The notes under the pieces: generated by a model
Database searches by the model: none
Told to the model about the DNA's origin: nothing
The model's input: the letters and a program-made list of their open reading frames with translations, nothing else
Assembly: GCF_009914755.1 (NCBI RefSeq)
Contig: NC_060928.1
Origin: the human T2T-CHM13v2.0 reference genome, Homo sapiens
Strand: one strand, 5' to 3'
DNA: 64,000 nucleotides
Shown: positions 1-14,300 of the stretch, piece by piece
How positions within the stretch are numbered: position 1 is the first letter of the stretch
Layout of the letters: every line of letters starts with the position of its first letter
Program-made: the position numbers and the translations under genes

Positions 1-183
1 ATTTTTTGATTCTACATATAGGTGAGACCATGCAGTATTTGTTTTACTGTGTATGTTCTATTTCATTTAGCATAATGTCCTTCAGGTTCATCCATGTTGT
101 TTCAAATGATAGGATTTTTTAATATCTTGTGGCTTAACGGTATTTCATGTGTGTGTATACGTCTCACATTTTCTTTAGTCATT
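1..183 (-). mobile_element. L1 (L1MA-class) 3' region fragment, continues beyond window start
   Basis: gattctacatataggtgagaccatgcagtattt...ttcatccatgttg matches the antisense L1MA 3' end as I recall it. Confidence 0.8.
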
Positions 184-266
184 TGATATGGTTTGATTGT
201 CTATGTCTGCCCAAAATTCATATATTCACATGTTGAAATATTAATCCCAAGGTGATGGCAGTGGGG
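184..266 (+). mobile_element. MaLR LTR 5' fragment (MLT1A/MST-like)
   Basis: Starts tgatatggtttgattgt...cccaaaattcatat...gttgaaat...atcccaaggtgatgg, a typical MLT1A/MST LTR start. Confidence 0.65.
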
Positions 267-525
267 TTATATTGAATTACAGTGGTGAGAGTGGGCATTC
301 TTGTCTTGTTCCTCATCTTAGAGGAAAATGTTTCAGGATTTCACCATTGAGTATGATGTTAGATGTGGACCTGTCATATATGGCTTTTTTATGCTGAAGT
401 AAATTCCTCCTATAGTTAGTTCGTGAAGAGTATTCATCATGAAAGAATGTTGAACTTTGTCTAAGGATTTCTCTGTATCTATTGGGATGACTATATAATT
501 TGTATCCTTCAGTATGTAAATGTGG
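267..525 (-). mobile_element. L1 ORF2 fragment
   Basis: agtggtgagagtgggcattcttgtcttgttcctcatcttagagg is antisense L1 ORF2. ORF 333..563 contains IDTEKSLDKVQHSFM, resembling L1 RT IDAEKAFDKIQHPFM. Confidence 0.85.
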
Positions 526-3252
<2,727 letters not shown>

Positions 3253-4573
3253 TTCATTTTTAATATAGTTTTCCTAGATTCTACTTATTTCCTCCTTATC
3301 ATTATTATTTTATTCTTTCTAACTTTGGCTTTAATTTTTTCTTCTTTTTCTAGGTCTTTAAGGCGTAAAGTAAGGCTGTTTATTTGAGATCTTTATTTTT
3401 TATTAATGTAGACATATATCACTATAAACTTTTAGAATTGTTTTTGTGGTATCTCTTAAGTTTTGATATTTGTGTTTTTATTTATGTTTATATCAATATA
3501 TTTTTACATTTATCTTTTGATTTCTTTTTTAATCCATTGGTTGTTTAGGGGCATGTTGCTTGATTTCCACATATTTGTAAATTTTCCAAATTTCCTCCTG
3601 TTAGTAATCTCTAGTTTCCTACAATTGTGGTCAGTAAATATATTTGATATAATGTACCTTTCTAAATGTGTTAATACTTGTTTTGTAGCCTAATATATGA
3701 TCTATCATGGAGAATGCTTCATGTGCACTTGAGAAGAATGTGAATTCTGATGCTGTTGGATGAAATGTTTTGCCTATGTCTGTTAAGTCTATTCAGTATA
3801 CAGTGTGGCTGAAGTCCACTGTTTCCTTATTGATTTTATGTCTGCATGATCTATTTACTGATGAAAGTGTGGTTTTGAAGTCCCTTACTATTATTGTGTA
3901 GCTATCTATGTATCCCTTTGGATATATTCAAAATGGCCTTATATATTTAGGTACTCTGATGTTAGGTGTACATACATCTACAATTGTTGTATCCTTTTGA
4001 TAAATTGATCCCTTTATGATTATATAGTGATCGTCTTAGTCTCATTTTACAGTATTTGACTCAAAGTATTTTTTGACTGATAGCAGTATAGCTCCCTCAT
4101 TCCCTGCTCTCTTTTGGTTATCATTTGCATGAAATATAATTTTCTATCCCTTTACTTTTACTGTGTCCATAAAAGTGAAATGAGTCTCTTATGGGCAGGA
4201 TATAGTTGGGCAATTTTTATACTAATTCTGCCGCATTATGTCTTTTGACTGGAGAAATTAATCAATTTACATTTAAATTAACTATTGGTAGATAAGGACT
4301 TACTAAGGCAACTCAAAAAAAAGTTTTCTCACTCTTCCTTAGTTCCTTCCTCCCTCTCCTGATGTCTTCCTTTGTAATTTGATATATATTTTTTTGTACT
4401 GGTATGCTCTGACTTCAGCAGGAAAAACCCTTTCTTAGTCAATCCATCCAGACATTCTGGGAGGTTTGGCTGGCAGAGTCTGTTGGTGGGCTTGCTGCTG
4501 ATGTCCTCAGGTAGGCTGGCCTGGTACCTGGAATGGCAGGTGTGGCCCTACCTCCTGCAGCTGTAGGAGCCAG

Positions 4574-4950
4574 CCTGGAGACATAGGTTATAGGAGCAAT
4601 CTTGGAGCCTGGTTTTTCAAGGGCCCGCCTGAATCCTGGGGCTACAAGGGCTGCCCTGGCACTGGGGCAGGCCTGGAATCTGCATCCATGAATGCCTTCC
4701 CAGAGCCTGGGTTCATGGGTGCTGGCTTAGCAATTGGCACTAGTGTGGACCAGGAGCCTGAGTCTATGGGTATCAGCCTGGTGCTTGAGAACACTGGTGG
4801 CAGCCTGGGACTGGGAGGCTTGGAACCTGGGTCCACGCCATCCAGCCTGGAACCTGAGTCCATGGTTGCTGTTCTGCCACCTGGCTCTGGGGTGAATCTG
4901 GTGCCTGAGGTCATGCAGGCTGGCTCAAAGCCTGGGTCTGCAGGTGCTGG
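4574..4950. repeat. Degenerate 27-bp tandem array (consensus ~CCTGGAGCCTGGGTCCATGGGGGCTGG) in the L1 5' region
   Basis: Parsed by hand into 15 units of 27,27,27,17,27,27,24,27,27,15,27,27,24,27,27 bp, summing to 377 bp. Confidence 0.85.
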
Positions 4951-5140
4951 GTTTGTGGGGACTGGCTTGATGCCAGGGTTTACTGTCGCAGGTCGGGTAC
5001 TAGGGTCTCTGATGAAATTGGTAGTTGCTTCCTTCATTCTACTTCTCCCAAACAGAAGGTATGTGTCTCTGTGTTGTGCTGTGTAGGCTTAGGAGAAGAG
5101 TGACATGAGTAATGTGATGTGATCCTTCTGACCTCTTTCA

Positions 5141-5188
5141 GTGTGTGTGTTAGTATGTGTGTGTGTGGGGGTGTGTTTGTGTGTGTGT
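5141..5188. repeat. Imperfect (TG)n microsatellite
   Basis: gtgtgtgtgttagtatgtgtgtgtgtgggggtgtgtttgtgtgtgtgt. Confidence 0.85.
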
Positions 5189-5989
5189 ATTTTCTGTGCT
5201 CCACCAGGTGCTGCAATCTCTCACCTTTATTTATGGCTCTTGTAAAAATATTTTCATGTGCAGACGGTTCCAATTGATATTCTTTGGGACAAGCACTAGA
5301 AAGTCCTATTATGCTTTCTTGCAGAAGTCATTTTCCTAATTCTGCTTTTCAAAATATTATTATTTAAATATGGGATCAACTATACTGTTTATGATCTTTT
5401 GGGGATGGTCTCGGAAAGTAAGAAACACAGTTAGAAAGGAGGTGGAGAAAAAAATGGAGAAGAGAATCTTTTCATACCGCTTGAGGCATAGGATCCATGA
5501 CACAGATGGCAGATTTGGGTATTGATGGATACATACCTGAGTCATTCATTGTAATAGGAGGGAAGGATATAAATGGTAAGTAATGAAATAGGAATATTAA
5601 ATAGTTCCTGAATGAGTGCTTATGATTTCTCAGTATAGAACAATGTCATCATAAGTCACATAGGAAAAGGTGTGCTTTGAAGAGTAATAAGAGTGTGAAC
5701 TATTTACTTTGCACAGCAGGGTACTATACATTTTAGGAAAGTATAGCAGGATTGCTGGGCAATTTTCAGTGTTCATTTATTATTTGTCATCATGGATGTT
5801 AAGTGAGAAAAGTGAACATTTTTAGGAGGCTTTTATGTTTGTTTTTCTAAAAATTTTCACCTGTTAAGGTGAAAACAAATAGGCAGCTATCTGGGTTTAA
5901 GCGAGGAAGGCTAGATTTGGTCAGGGTTGTTCATAGTTAGAGCTATTAATATATAAATACCACAAATGTTCTCTTCTCCAGGTATCTAG

Positions 5990-6295
5990 TAAAGTTGTAC
6001 TTCTCCACCATTTGAAATAAGTATCATTATGTGACTTGTTTTTACTTTCCCCAGATTTATAAGCAAATTTGACATATGTTACTTCTGTGTAAAGCTCTAA
6101 AAGCCAGAGCATAATTTTCCATCCTCCATGTTAGCTTGAATCTCAGAGTAAAGATATGGATCAGAAGCCCCAAAGTACCTGTGACAAAAATGTAAAAACC
6201 ACAAGGAATAACATTTTAAGCTTTAGTCTCTTTCTTATAATTTTAGCCAAGAATATGAGCTAACAAGGAGAGTGATTTGAGTGTTGTTATTATAA
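5990..6295 (+). mobile_element. Highly diverged MLT1-type LTR fragment
   Basis: atttgaaataagtatcattatgtgacttg...gacatatgttacttctg...taaaagccag resembles old MLT1 (I/J/K-like) LTRs. Confidence 0.4.
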
Positions 6296-6859
6296 CGTAA
6301 AATATATAACAAGCTAATATGAAGATAGGAGAAGGTCTATTTACCATCCTTATTTATTTGGGTGTGATTATAATACTGTCCAAATGAATCTAAGCTGCCT
6401 AAGGAGAAAGTTGACTTAAAAGAGAAAAGGTATCAGGATCAATGGATTGGACAGCTAAATAAAATCAAAATATATTTTTATTAATTGGGTATAATAGAGC
6501 AAATGATCTGTAAACTAGATGGTTTCACAGAGACCAAAAAGCTTGATGTTGAATTTCAGAGATGATTCAGTTGGGTTTGCATGGTCTAGAGTAAGGCTCC
6601 GAGGATGTGTTATTGTAGTTAAGCAGATTAAAAGATTATTAGAGGTGAGGCGGTACATGATCTGAGAGCCCAAAATATGAATAGATGTCCCACAAGCACT
6701 GGAAATTTAACAAATCATATTTAATGTAAAAGTGTACATTATCTGCTGTATCATGCAAAATAATTCACAACCTTGTTTGTTACTAAGGTATGCCAGTCTC
6801 CGCTCCTCTAATTTGTAAGTTCTACTCAATGAAATGTCTCCTTTTGCTAAACAGACTGT

Positions 6860-7235
6860 TTTCCCTTGAACATGGGCTTTTGTACATACTTTTCCCTATA
6901 ACAGAAAGTCTCTACTCCCCAACTGTGTCTCCTTCTCACGTTTATTTTGGTACATGCTTTATACTTTTCTTTAAATGTTAAGACTCAACTTGAACAACAT
7001 TCCAATAAAAGTCTGTTTCATTGCCAACTCACCCATTCTTACCCTTAAAATTATAACAATCTTTTTATTGGCTTTAATAGAAGCATTCTATTTTTTTGGT
7101 CGTGCTATTGAATTATACATGAATTTTCAGTCTGTGTTTCTAGGCTGAGGTCTTTTTGATGTTGTAGAATGTGTATTGGTCAGGTGTATTCCATTTAGCA
7201 GTGAGATTAAGCAAGCATTGAACAAATATGTTGCT
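6860..7235 (+). mobile_element. L2 3' fragment
   Basis: gggcttttgtacatactttccc...aagactcaact...gcattgaacaaatatgttg, a degenerate L2 3' end. Confidence 0.5.
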
Positions 7236-8461
7236 CAAACACTGTTTTTGAGAAAAAAAATCCCTCCAAATTTATGAAAAACTTAAAAATAAATTGGGCA
7301 AAATTGTAAGATTCCCAGTATATTGGTATAAATGCAAAACACTCTTGTTTTTAAAGTCAAACTCTTATCTTGAAAGTGAGAAGCTGTTAAAAAAAAAAAA
7401 AAAACCACAACCACCCCACCTCCCAAAACAACAAAACCAACCAACCAAACAAACAAACAAAAAACAGTAGCTGTTTTGTTTGTTTTCATCCTGGAATGAC
7501 AAATCAGCTTTACCTCCCTAGACTAAATCTTATGACCTTGGCTTTTCCTTATTTATTCAAAATAATTCATATTGCTCTTATATATATTGATCTTTTTGTT
7601 TCTCTTTTTACAACAGTATATTTTTTCTCTATATTCAGAGAAGTGATTGACAACAAATGCCTGTATCTTTGACACATTTTATAAAGAACATTAGGTATCT
7701 TAGAACAAATGCAATATTTAATTTTAAATGGTAATAGTTATAGATAATGAACATTGAATTTTATTCTCTTTTCATTCTCTTTGAGCTTCTTTTAAAGAAA
7801 AAGGATTAGAATCAGGACTGCAATGAAATGACAACATTGGTTAAAAATGGGAGTTCAGGGTATAAAGGAATAATCAGAATATCCATCTCTGTGAAACAAT
7901 TTCATTTTGCAGAAACAAAACAAAATGGATGAAATAAGAGTTCTGGATTGTGTTCCCAGATTTCTCATGTCTTGATGTGCAACTGAAGGTCTATTGTGTG
8001 TATGTTTTAGCCAAGCTATATAAAAAATAGATAAAAACTTTCTGGGGATAAACAAGACATCCTAAACTGTTTTTAAATTTCTACCAAAGCATTTAAAAAT
8101 ATACATTATGTTTTCTTTAATTTAAGGAAAGATGGGAATTTTGAAATGAGATATAAAGCAATGTGCCCTACCTATATAAACAATAAATTTGCATTTCTTA
8201 TATTTACAACCAATTCATATGTATAGAAAATGAATTATTTGAAATTGTATAGCATTTGTTAAAGAGATAGAAATGTTTTCCTGAAGAATATGAAGAATTC
8301 TATAATGTTTCACTTCAAGTCATTTTACGAAACATATTCTATTGTGTCAACCCATTGGTTAAAGGTCATGATGGGCCTAGAATATTTGTTAACTTATAAA
8401 ACACCTTTTTTCCCCATAAATTATCTTTTAAAATCTAGCAGCAATTAATTATATTCTCCAC

Positions 8462-8837
8462 TGTGATAGTCAGTCTTACATGTCACCTTGGTTAGATTAG
8501 AGTTCCCAGTCATCCAATAAGAAAGGAATTTAGATGTTTCTGTGAAGGTATTTTGTAAATGCAATTAAAGTCCATAATCAATTAATAATAAGTAAGGGAG
8601 ATTATTGTAGATAATCCAGATGGCCCTGAGTCAGTCAGTTGAAAGGCCTGCAGAACAAAGCTAAAGGCTTGCGGAATAAGAAGTTATGCTTGTGAACATC
8701 AGTTTGTGCCCAGAAGTTCCAGTCTCCTCCGCTTTCTAGTCTCCTTATGGATTTCAGACTTGCCCAGCCAGGTCCTACAATCACATAAGCCAATTCGTTG
8801 CAATAAATCCCTTAATGTACGTTTCTCTGGTTACACA
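8462..8837 (+). mobile_element. MLT2 (ERVL) solo LTR, MLT2C/D-like
   Basis: tgtgatagtcagtcttacatgtcaccttgg...gatgtttctgtgaaggtattttg...tcagttgaaaggcc...gccaattcgttgcaataaat. Confidence 0.85.
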
Positions 8838-9346
8838 TGTCTAGAAGTGTAAAGGTGATCCTTATTTCCCTATGTTCTTCATCTACTTCCTGCTTCTTTG
8901 GGACTTTGGAGTTGGCACATACATCCTTGTCCAAGATTTTGCTTCAGACTAGAAGTATTAATCAAACAGTAAGTTTATATGGTATAAGAAAACAGCAGTA
9001 ATCAAAGATGAGTTTTTACATAGAAAAATGTCTCTTTGTTGTATAAGATCCATCCACATTCCCTGGAATGGAGTGGAATAGCTAGAGAGGACAAGATGAT
9101 AAGAGAAGCCTTTTTATTAAAACTCAATAACTAAATATGAATTGTGTCTCTAGACAGGTACAATGGTCTGATAAATAATTGTTAAATACATATGATTTAA
9201 ATACCTTCTTCATAAAGGAGTATTTAAATAATGTGTAATGAAGTATTTAAATTATTTGCAATAGCATATTATTTTATATAATAAGTGTTTTACCTCATTT
9301 TGTTTATAGAAACAACTTTTAAAAAGTGATTCCTAGTTTAAGAGTT

Positions 9347-9548
9347 CTAGGCTTTCCAGTAGAATTTATTGCAATGATAAAATATCCTGTATCTGAACTC
9401 CGGAACTGCACTGTTCACTAGTCACATAAGTCTACCAAGCATTTGAAATATGGCTAGTGAGATTGAGGAAATGAATTATTTATTTGTTGTAATTAAGTAA
9501 AAGTTAAATACTCAGATATTGCTAAGGGCTGCCATGTGGACACTATAG
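9347..9548. mobile_element. MER3 hAT-Charlie MITE
   Basis: tccagtagaatttattgcaatgataaaat...cactagtcacat...gcatttgaaatatggctagtgagattgaggaaatgaatt...tggacactatag. Confidence 0.8.
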
Positions 9549-11859
9549 ATCTAAAGTGCACATTTTTCAAAGAGTAAAACCCTTGTAAATCAAAGCCTCA
9601 TTTTAGAAAAATATCTGACCTCATCCCTTCATCAATTCAAACTTTTATAATTAGTTCTTTAAATAATATATGTGTGTATGAGTGTGTGTATATATAGCAT
9701 TTATCAAACACAATGCATTTGATATTTTCTGGTTGTAAAATTAAAATAGTGTGAAGTCACAAGTGATAGCAATTATTTTAGCTGAATATATTGTCTTTCA
9801 GAAATAGGAATGTGGAAACCATACTCATAGTGTCATAAGTGCTAAAGGTCTTTTCCCACTAATCTTATTTTTCTCTATACTCTCTTCTTACCTTGTATAA
9901 ATTTTTATCATTTCAATATCTTACAATAAATATTTTCCTCAAGCCTCTGGGTAAACCAAGAGATGTCACTGTAAATTAAGAAAAAATAAAATAACATATT
10001 TTTAGTTTTCAGTATTTTAAACTAAAACATTCTTGTAAACATTTATACAGTTACTTTTCAGATATTTACACTAACCCAAAAGACAGTGTCAATATTGATG
10101 CACACAGTCAGGGAATTTCTTACTATTACATATTATGGAAAAATTGACCTTACTTATTATGTCAACATCAAAGAATTTTACAGGCGATTTTCTTTCTTTC
10201 TAATGAATTTAACTCACTCATTTTAATAAATGTATTTTTAAAATTAAAGAGAATTAACTTTATACATGCCAATTTAGTGATACAAAAATAATTTAATTTG
10301 GGAATCCAGTAATGAATTGAAATAAATTTTTTCTGGCTATACTTTGTCTAGGTTAACATTCATTTTTGTTTGTTTTCTTTGCTTTCACATCAATGGGTAA
10401 AAAATGACAGGGGAAAATCCATTGTAAATAATTCACATGTTAAAAAGTGAAAGTTGATTAAATTATTTTCTACCAATAGTTACAGTGACATATTTAGGCT
10501 TTTCTTGCGCATGGCAAACTTTTTCTTCAGTATTTCAGCAAATAACTTTCTACAGCATTTAAAAGTTTAGTAAGTAATGATGCATTTTTTTCTGGACTGC
10601 CAGACAACACTAACTGGAATATATATTTCCAAAAATTGAATAATTTGGTTCTTCATCTTAACTTACATTCTGTGTATCTAGATCTCTTTGCACTTAATAG
10701 TACAATGTGTTTTTTCAGTTAATTCTTTATTGTTTTTTCTCATTGTAAATCAGCATTTTAGCAATCAGATGGAGATTTGTAAATAACATCCCTTTGTATT
10801 GAATATGGCTGCATTTTTTTCACAAATGAAAAAATTTAGTTGGAGAAATTGGTTTAAATGTATATAACAAACCACTAGCTTACTAGCTTTTGGATTTGAA
10901 CTACGATGTCATAAACAGTGCATTAGAAATGTAAAATATTAAAGCTGTGGAACTGATTTAATGCTCGCTTCAAAATGAGTAATTCACCTCAACATTTAAA
11001 CATCATATATTTCATAAATATTTCTTTTTCAAAAACTTATATTCACTGATAGTACAGAAAATTTCTGTAATGAGGAATTACTAAGTCCAACCAGTCAGGA
11101 AGTATTAATTTATCCACATTGTTCTAAGCACTGTGGAGAATTCATCAAAAAGTAAGATGTCCTCAGAGTCTAAAATCATACAAGGCTCATTTGTCAAATG
11201 TCTCTTGAATTCTGACAAGCACTTTTGAGCAGTACATAAGTGTCAGAGAATAAACAGCACTGAGCTCATTTATAGGAAGTTCCTTTTATTCTCATAAGCG
11301 CCTTTTGAGTAAAGGTTGTATGTCAGAAATTATTAATAAAAAAATGAAAGAAAGTGATCCATTTTTAGAAAACAAGACTTAGTTAAAAAGAACTCTAATT
11401 ACTGTAGTTCTCAAGTGAATGGCCACTTCAATGGAGAAAAAAAAATGCATCAAGAAAATATATTATGTTATCAAAATCACTCATTAAAAAGTTACCATAA
11501 TGACCTTTTGTTCAACAGCTTCTTTCTTACTGAATATCCATTATGAGTACATGAAAATAAAAGCTATTCTTATATCCTTAATGTATATATGGTAAACTGG
11601 TTTAATTACTAATTTTTATCACTCATTTGACATTTATTGATTAAACATTTACTGTATTTATTTGCTGATAAAAAACACAAGAATACCAAATTACACACAT
11701 GCCATTTATAAAACTGTGGGAACATATTACCTACCGTGACACTTTAAGTAATATTTTGAAGTAAATAGGTCATTTTCAAGTTTGGGGCTTTTTCACTCCC
11801 AAGTCAGGAATATTTGAGGCAAAAAGAAAACCGAGAAACTGTGTTACACCGTTCCTTGA

Positions 11860-12002
11860 TACTGGAGTGCCTAGCTGGTCTTCCTTCTTCTCTCCAACTT
11901 TCAGAGTCTTCTCATGTGTCTGTTATATATAATGTTTTTCATAGTATTAATTGGAAGGAATAGTCAAAAATATGTCTATACCACCTTCCCAAAAGCAGAA
12001 GA
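11860..12002 (-). mobile_element. Old L1ME-like 5' fragment
   Basis: cttctctccaactttcagagtcttctcatg...gtctataccaccttcccaaaagcagaag resembles an antisense old L1 5' terminus. Confidence 0.45.
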
Positions 12003-12269
12003 TGAGATGATACAAACATTTTAAAGTTTGGATTTTGCTATGTACTGGTGAGGATTATGGCTTGAGAAGAGGTAATATATGGGAAAGAGACTAATGAGAA
12101 TCAAAGATGAGAGTAGTTCAATTTGATCGACTTTAAGAAAAATAAAAAGCACAAACTAACAATAATTTTAAAAGGGTTTCTGTTTCTTGTACTTTTTCTA
12201 AGCTGTAAAAGGACTGGAAGGAGAGAGTCATTGCAGTAGAGAAGGAAGTATACTATAGGTTTTAAGTGT

Positions 12270-12395
12270 TAAGATAGTGGAATTAGAGCTATTTTGAAAA
12301 CTGACTTGACTAGTTGTGCAATCTGTGCAATCTTGAATAAGTTCTTTAATATCTCCAAATTTTACTTAACCACAAGATAGTTTTAAAGATTGTTT
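12270..12395 (+). mobile_element. MIR fragment
   Basis: cttgactagttgtgcaatc...ttgaataagttctttaatatctc, a degenerate MIR core. Confidence 0.45.
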
Positions 12396-14084
12396 AACAG
12401 ATTGGTTTAAAGAGACAATGTAGTTTGCTGAATATATGCATGAATATGCAGAATAGAATTTGAATGGAGATTCTGAAAGTATAGATAGAAACTACATCAT
12501 TTCCAGAGAATTTAGTGGGTCTGGAAAAAGGGTCGAGCTGAACTGGAGGTATAAGCGAGGAAGAAATCCAAGCAGACATATTCCATGTGCAACACACAAG
12601 AGAAAGAACCAAGTTGAAGTGACCGAGCAGGGAAATGAATGGAAGCTATCCAGTAGGAAAGAAATCCTTCAAACCTTAAAACAAACAAACAAAACAAAAG
12701 TTAATGCATCACCCAAACTGAACATAAACCGAAACTGGAGCTTCCAATAATTCTAAATGAAAAATTTTATTTCTCTTAGAAAATTTTAAACTAGAAATAA
12801 TATATCTTTTCTGATTCATGTCATTAGCTTTAGAAGCCTATTTAAGAACTGTGGATAAGTAGTGAATATGCTGTTTTCTACAACTTCTATTCTTTCTGTA
12901 TAATCTACAATTACTCGAAAATTTTCAATTTTGTGTGATCATCAAAAAAATTTTAGCTATGAATGTTTAGCGTTTAATTCTCCTTCTTCCCTGATAATAG
13001 AAACTTCTTTTGCATTTTCTACCAACTACCTTCTTAAACTATGGAGACAAGACTGTCTCTACTTCAACAGAATAAGTTTTCTTGGACTAAACTATTTTTT
13101 GGAAATTACAAGAACCTAAATCCATACTATAAAGAAGGACATATTTTCTCATAGATAACAATAAACTGTTGATACACAATTTTCTATTAGTGAGTTGATG
13201 TCAAACAATTTTTGGAGATACTGGGGAACAGGAACATTATAGCCAAAAGTAGGAGACACAAAATTTTAAGGAAAATAACTGTGCCCAGTTTATAATAAAG
13301 GCATCAAGATAAAATCAACATTAGTTGTTGATATTTAACAAATTACTCAACTCTCTGTGGCAAAATTTCTTTCATTACAGTTGGAGATGCTTTGAATATT
13401 AAATGTTTTCTATTCTTAAAATGTACTTAGCATAATAAACTAGTAGGTCATTTTTTCCTAAATTACTGTCTCCTTTATACTCACCTTCAGTCAGCATATA
13501 GGTCTTTTCCATTCTTTACCCTAAAGAGATTTCTTTACCTCCCACTTGTTCCCTCCCCAGGACTCTGAAGACAATATCAGTTAGGATTAAGCCGCATTAT
13601 GCCCATGATTCCCTGGGTAAATGAATTAAACTGAATTAACAGAGAGTGTAAAATTATGATACATAGTCCCTTCTCTTAGCAAGTCAAAAGGTATATTGTA
13701 AGATTTTCAATAGCTTTGTGTTAAAATTCTGAAAGATATGTTTTAGAGGCTTTTACGTTTTGTCAGATAAGGGTCAAAAGAAGAGACCTTGTGTGTAGTT
13801 ACCAGGAGAACTTATCCTTTTGACTTTAAATCTTTAGGAGAAACATTTTCCTGAGGTGACCAAATACAATCGCTTTGGATTTGTCTTTTAATTCGTTGCT
13901 CACATGTGCTGAATAGTTTTCTGCCCAAGTGTCTTGCTTTCCATTTTACCTTAGGTAGTAGAAACCTACATCAGCAAATTTTTCAAAATTATATACATAT
14001 GTACGCACATACATATGTGAGTGTATTTATAAACAGATATCTAATTACTGCTCTCTTGTTTATGTGTATACATTTACCATTATT

Positions 14085-14300
14085 AACACATTCTTTGAAC
14101 AAGCATTTATTGAGAGCCTAGAAAGTGCCAGGCTGGCTACAATAGAGTTGTTAGGGATACAGAGCTAAAACAGAGTTTCTGTTCTCAGTTTCACAGGCAG
14201 AGGCATCAGGATAGGCATTTCAAAGCTACAAATGCATAGCTTTGGTGAAGTACATACCAAGATGTAGGAAGCACATGTCAAAATTTGTTTAAGTCACTGA
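14085..14300 (-). mobile_element. L2 3' fragment
   Basis: cattctttgaacaagcatttattgagagcctagaaagtgccagg is an antisense L2 tail. Confidence 0.65.

Larger units (their letters stand above)
3253..5335 (-). mobile_element. Old L1 (L1M/L1MA-class): 5' part of ORF2 (~3253-4400) joined to 5' UTR (~4420-5335), ORF1 largely missing
   Basis: Antisense endonuclease-region motifs (gagaatgcttcatgtgcacttgagaagaatgtg, gaagtcccttactattattgtg). Terminal ccaggtgctgcaatctctcacct...tcttgcagaagtc resembles an antisense L1M 5' end. Confidence 0.8.

Noticed and set aside
4574-4950. Regularly spaced repeats as a CRISPR-like array
   Set aside because: The units are contiguous degenerate tandem monomers without unique spacers, in primate DNA with no cas genes.
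4642-5086. Overlapping 131-aa and 132-aa ORFs as a host gene
   Set aside because: They are explained by a GC-rich array with mostly 3n unit lengths inside an L1 5' region, and are reported as a repeat finding instead.
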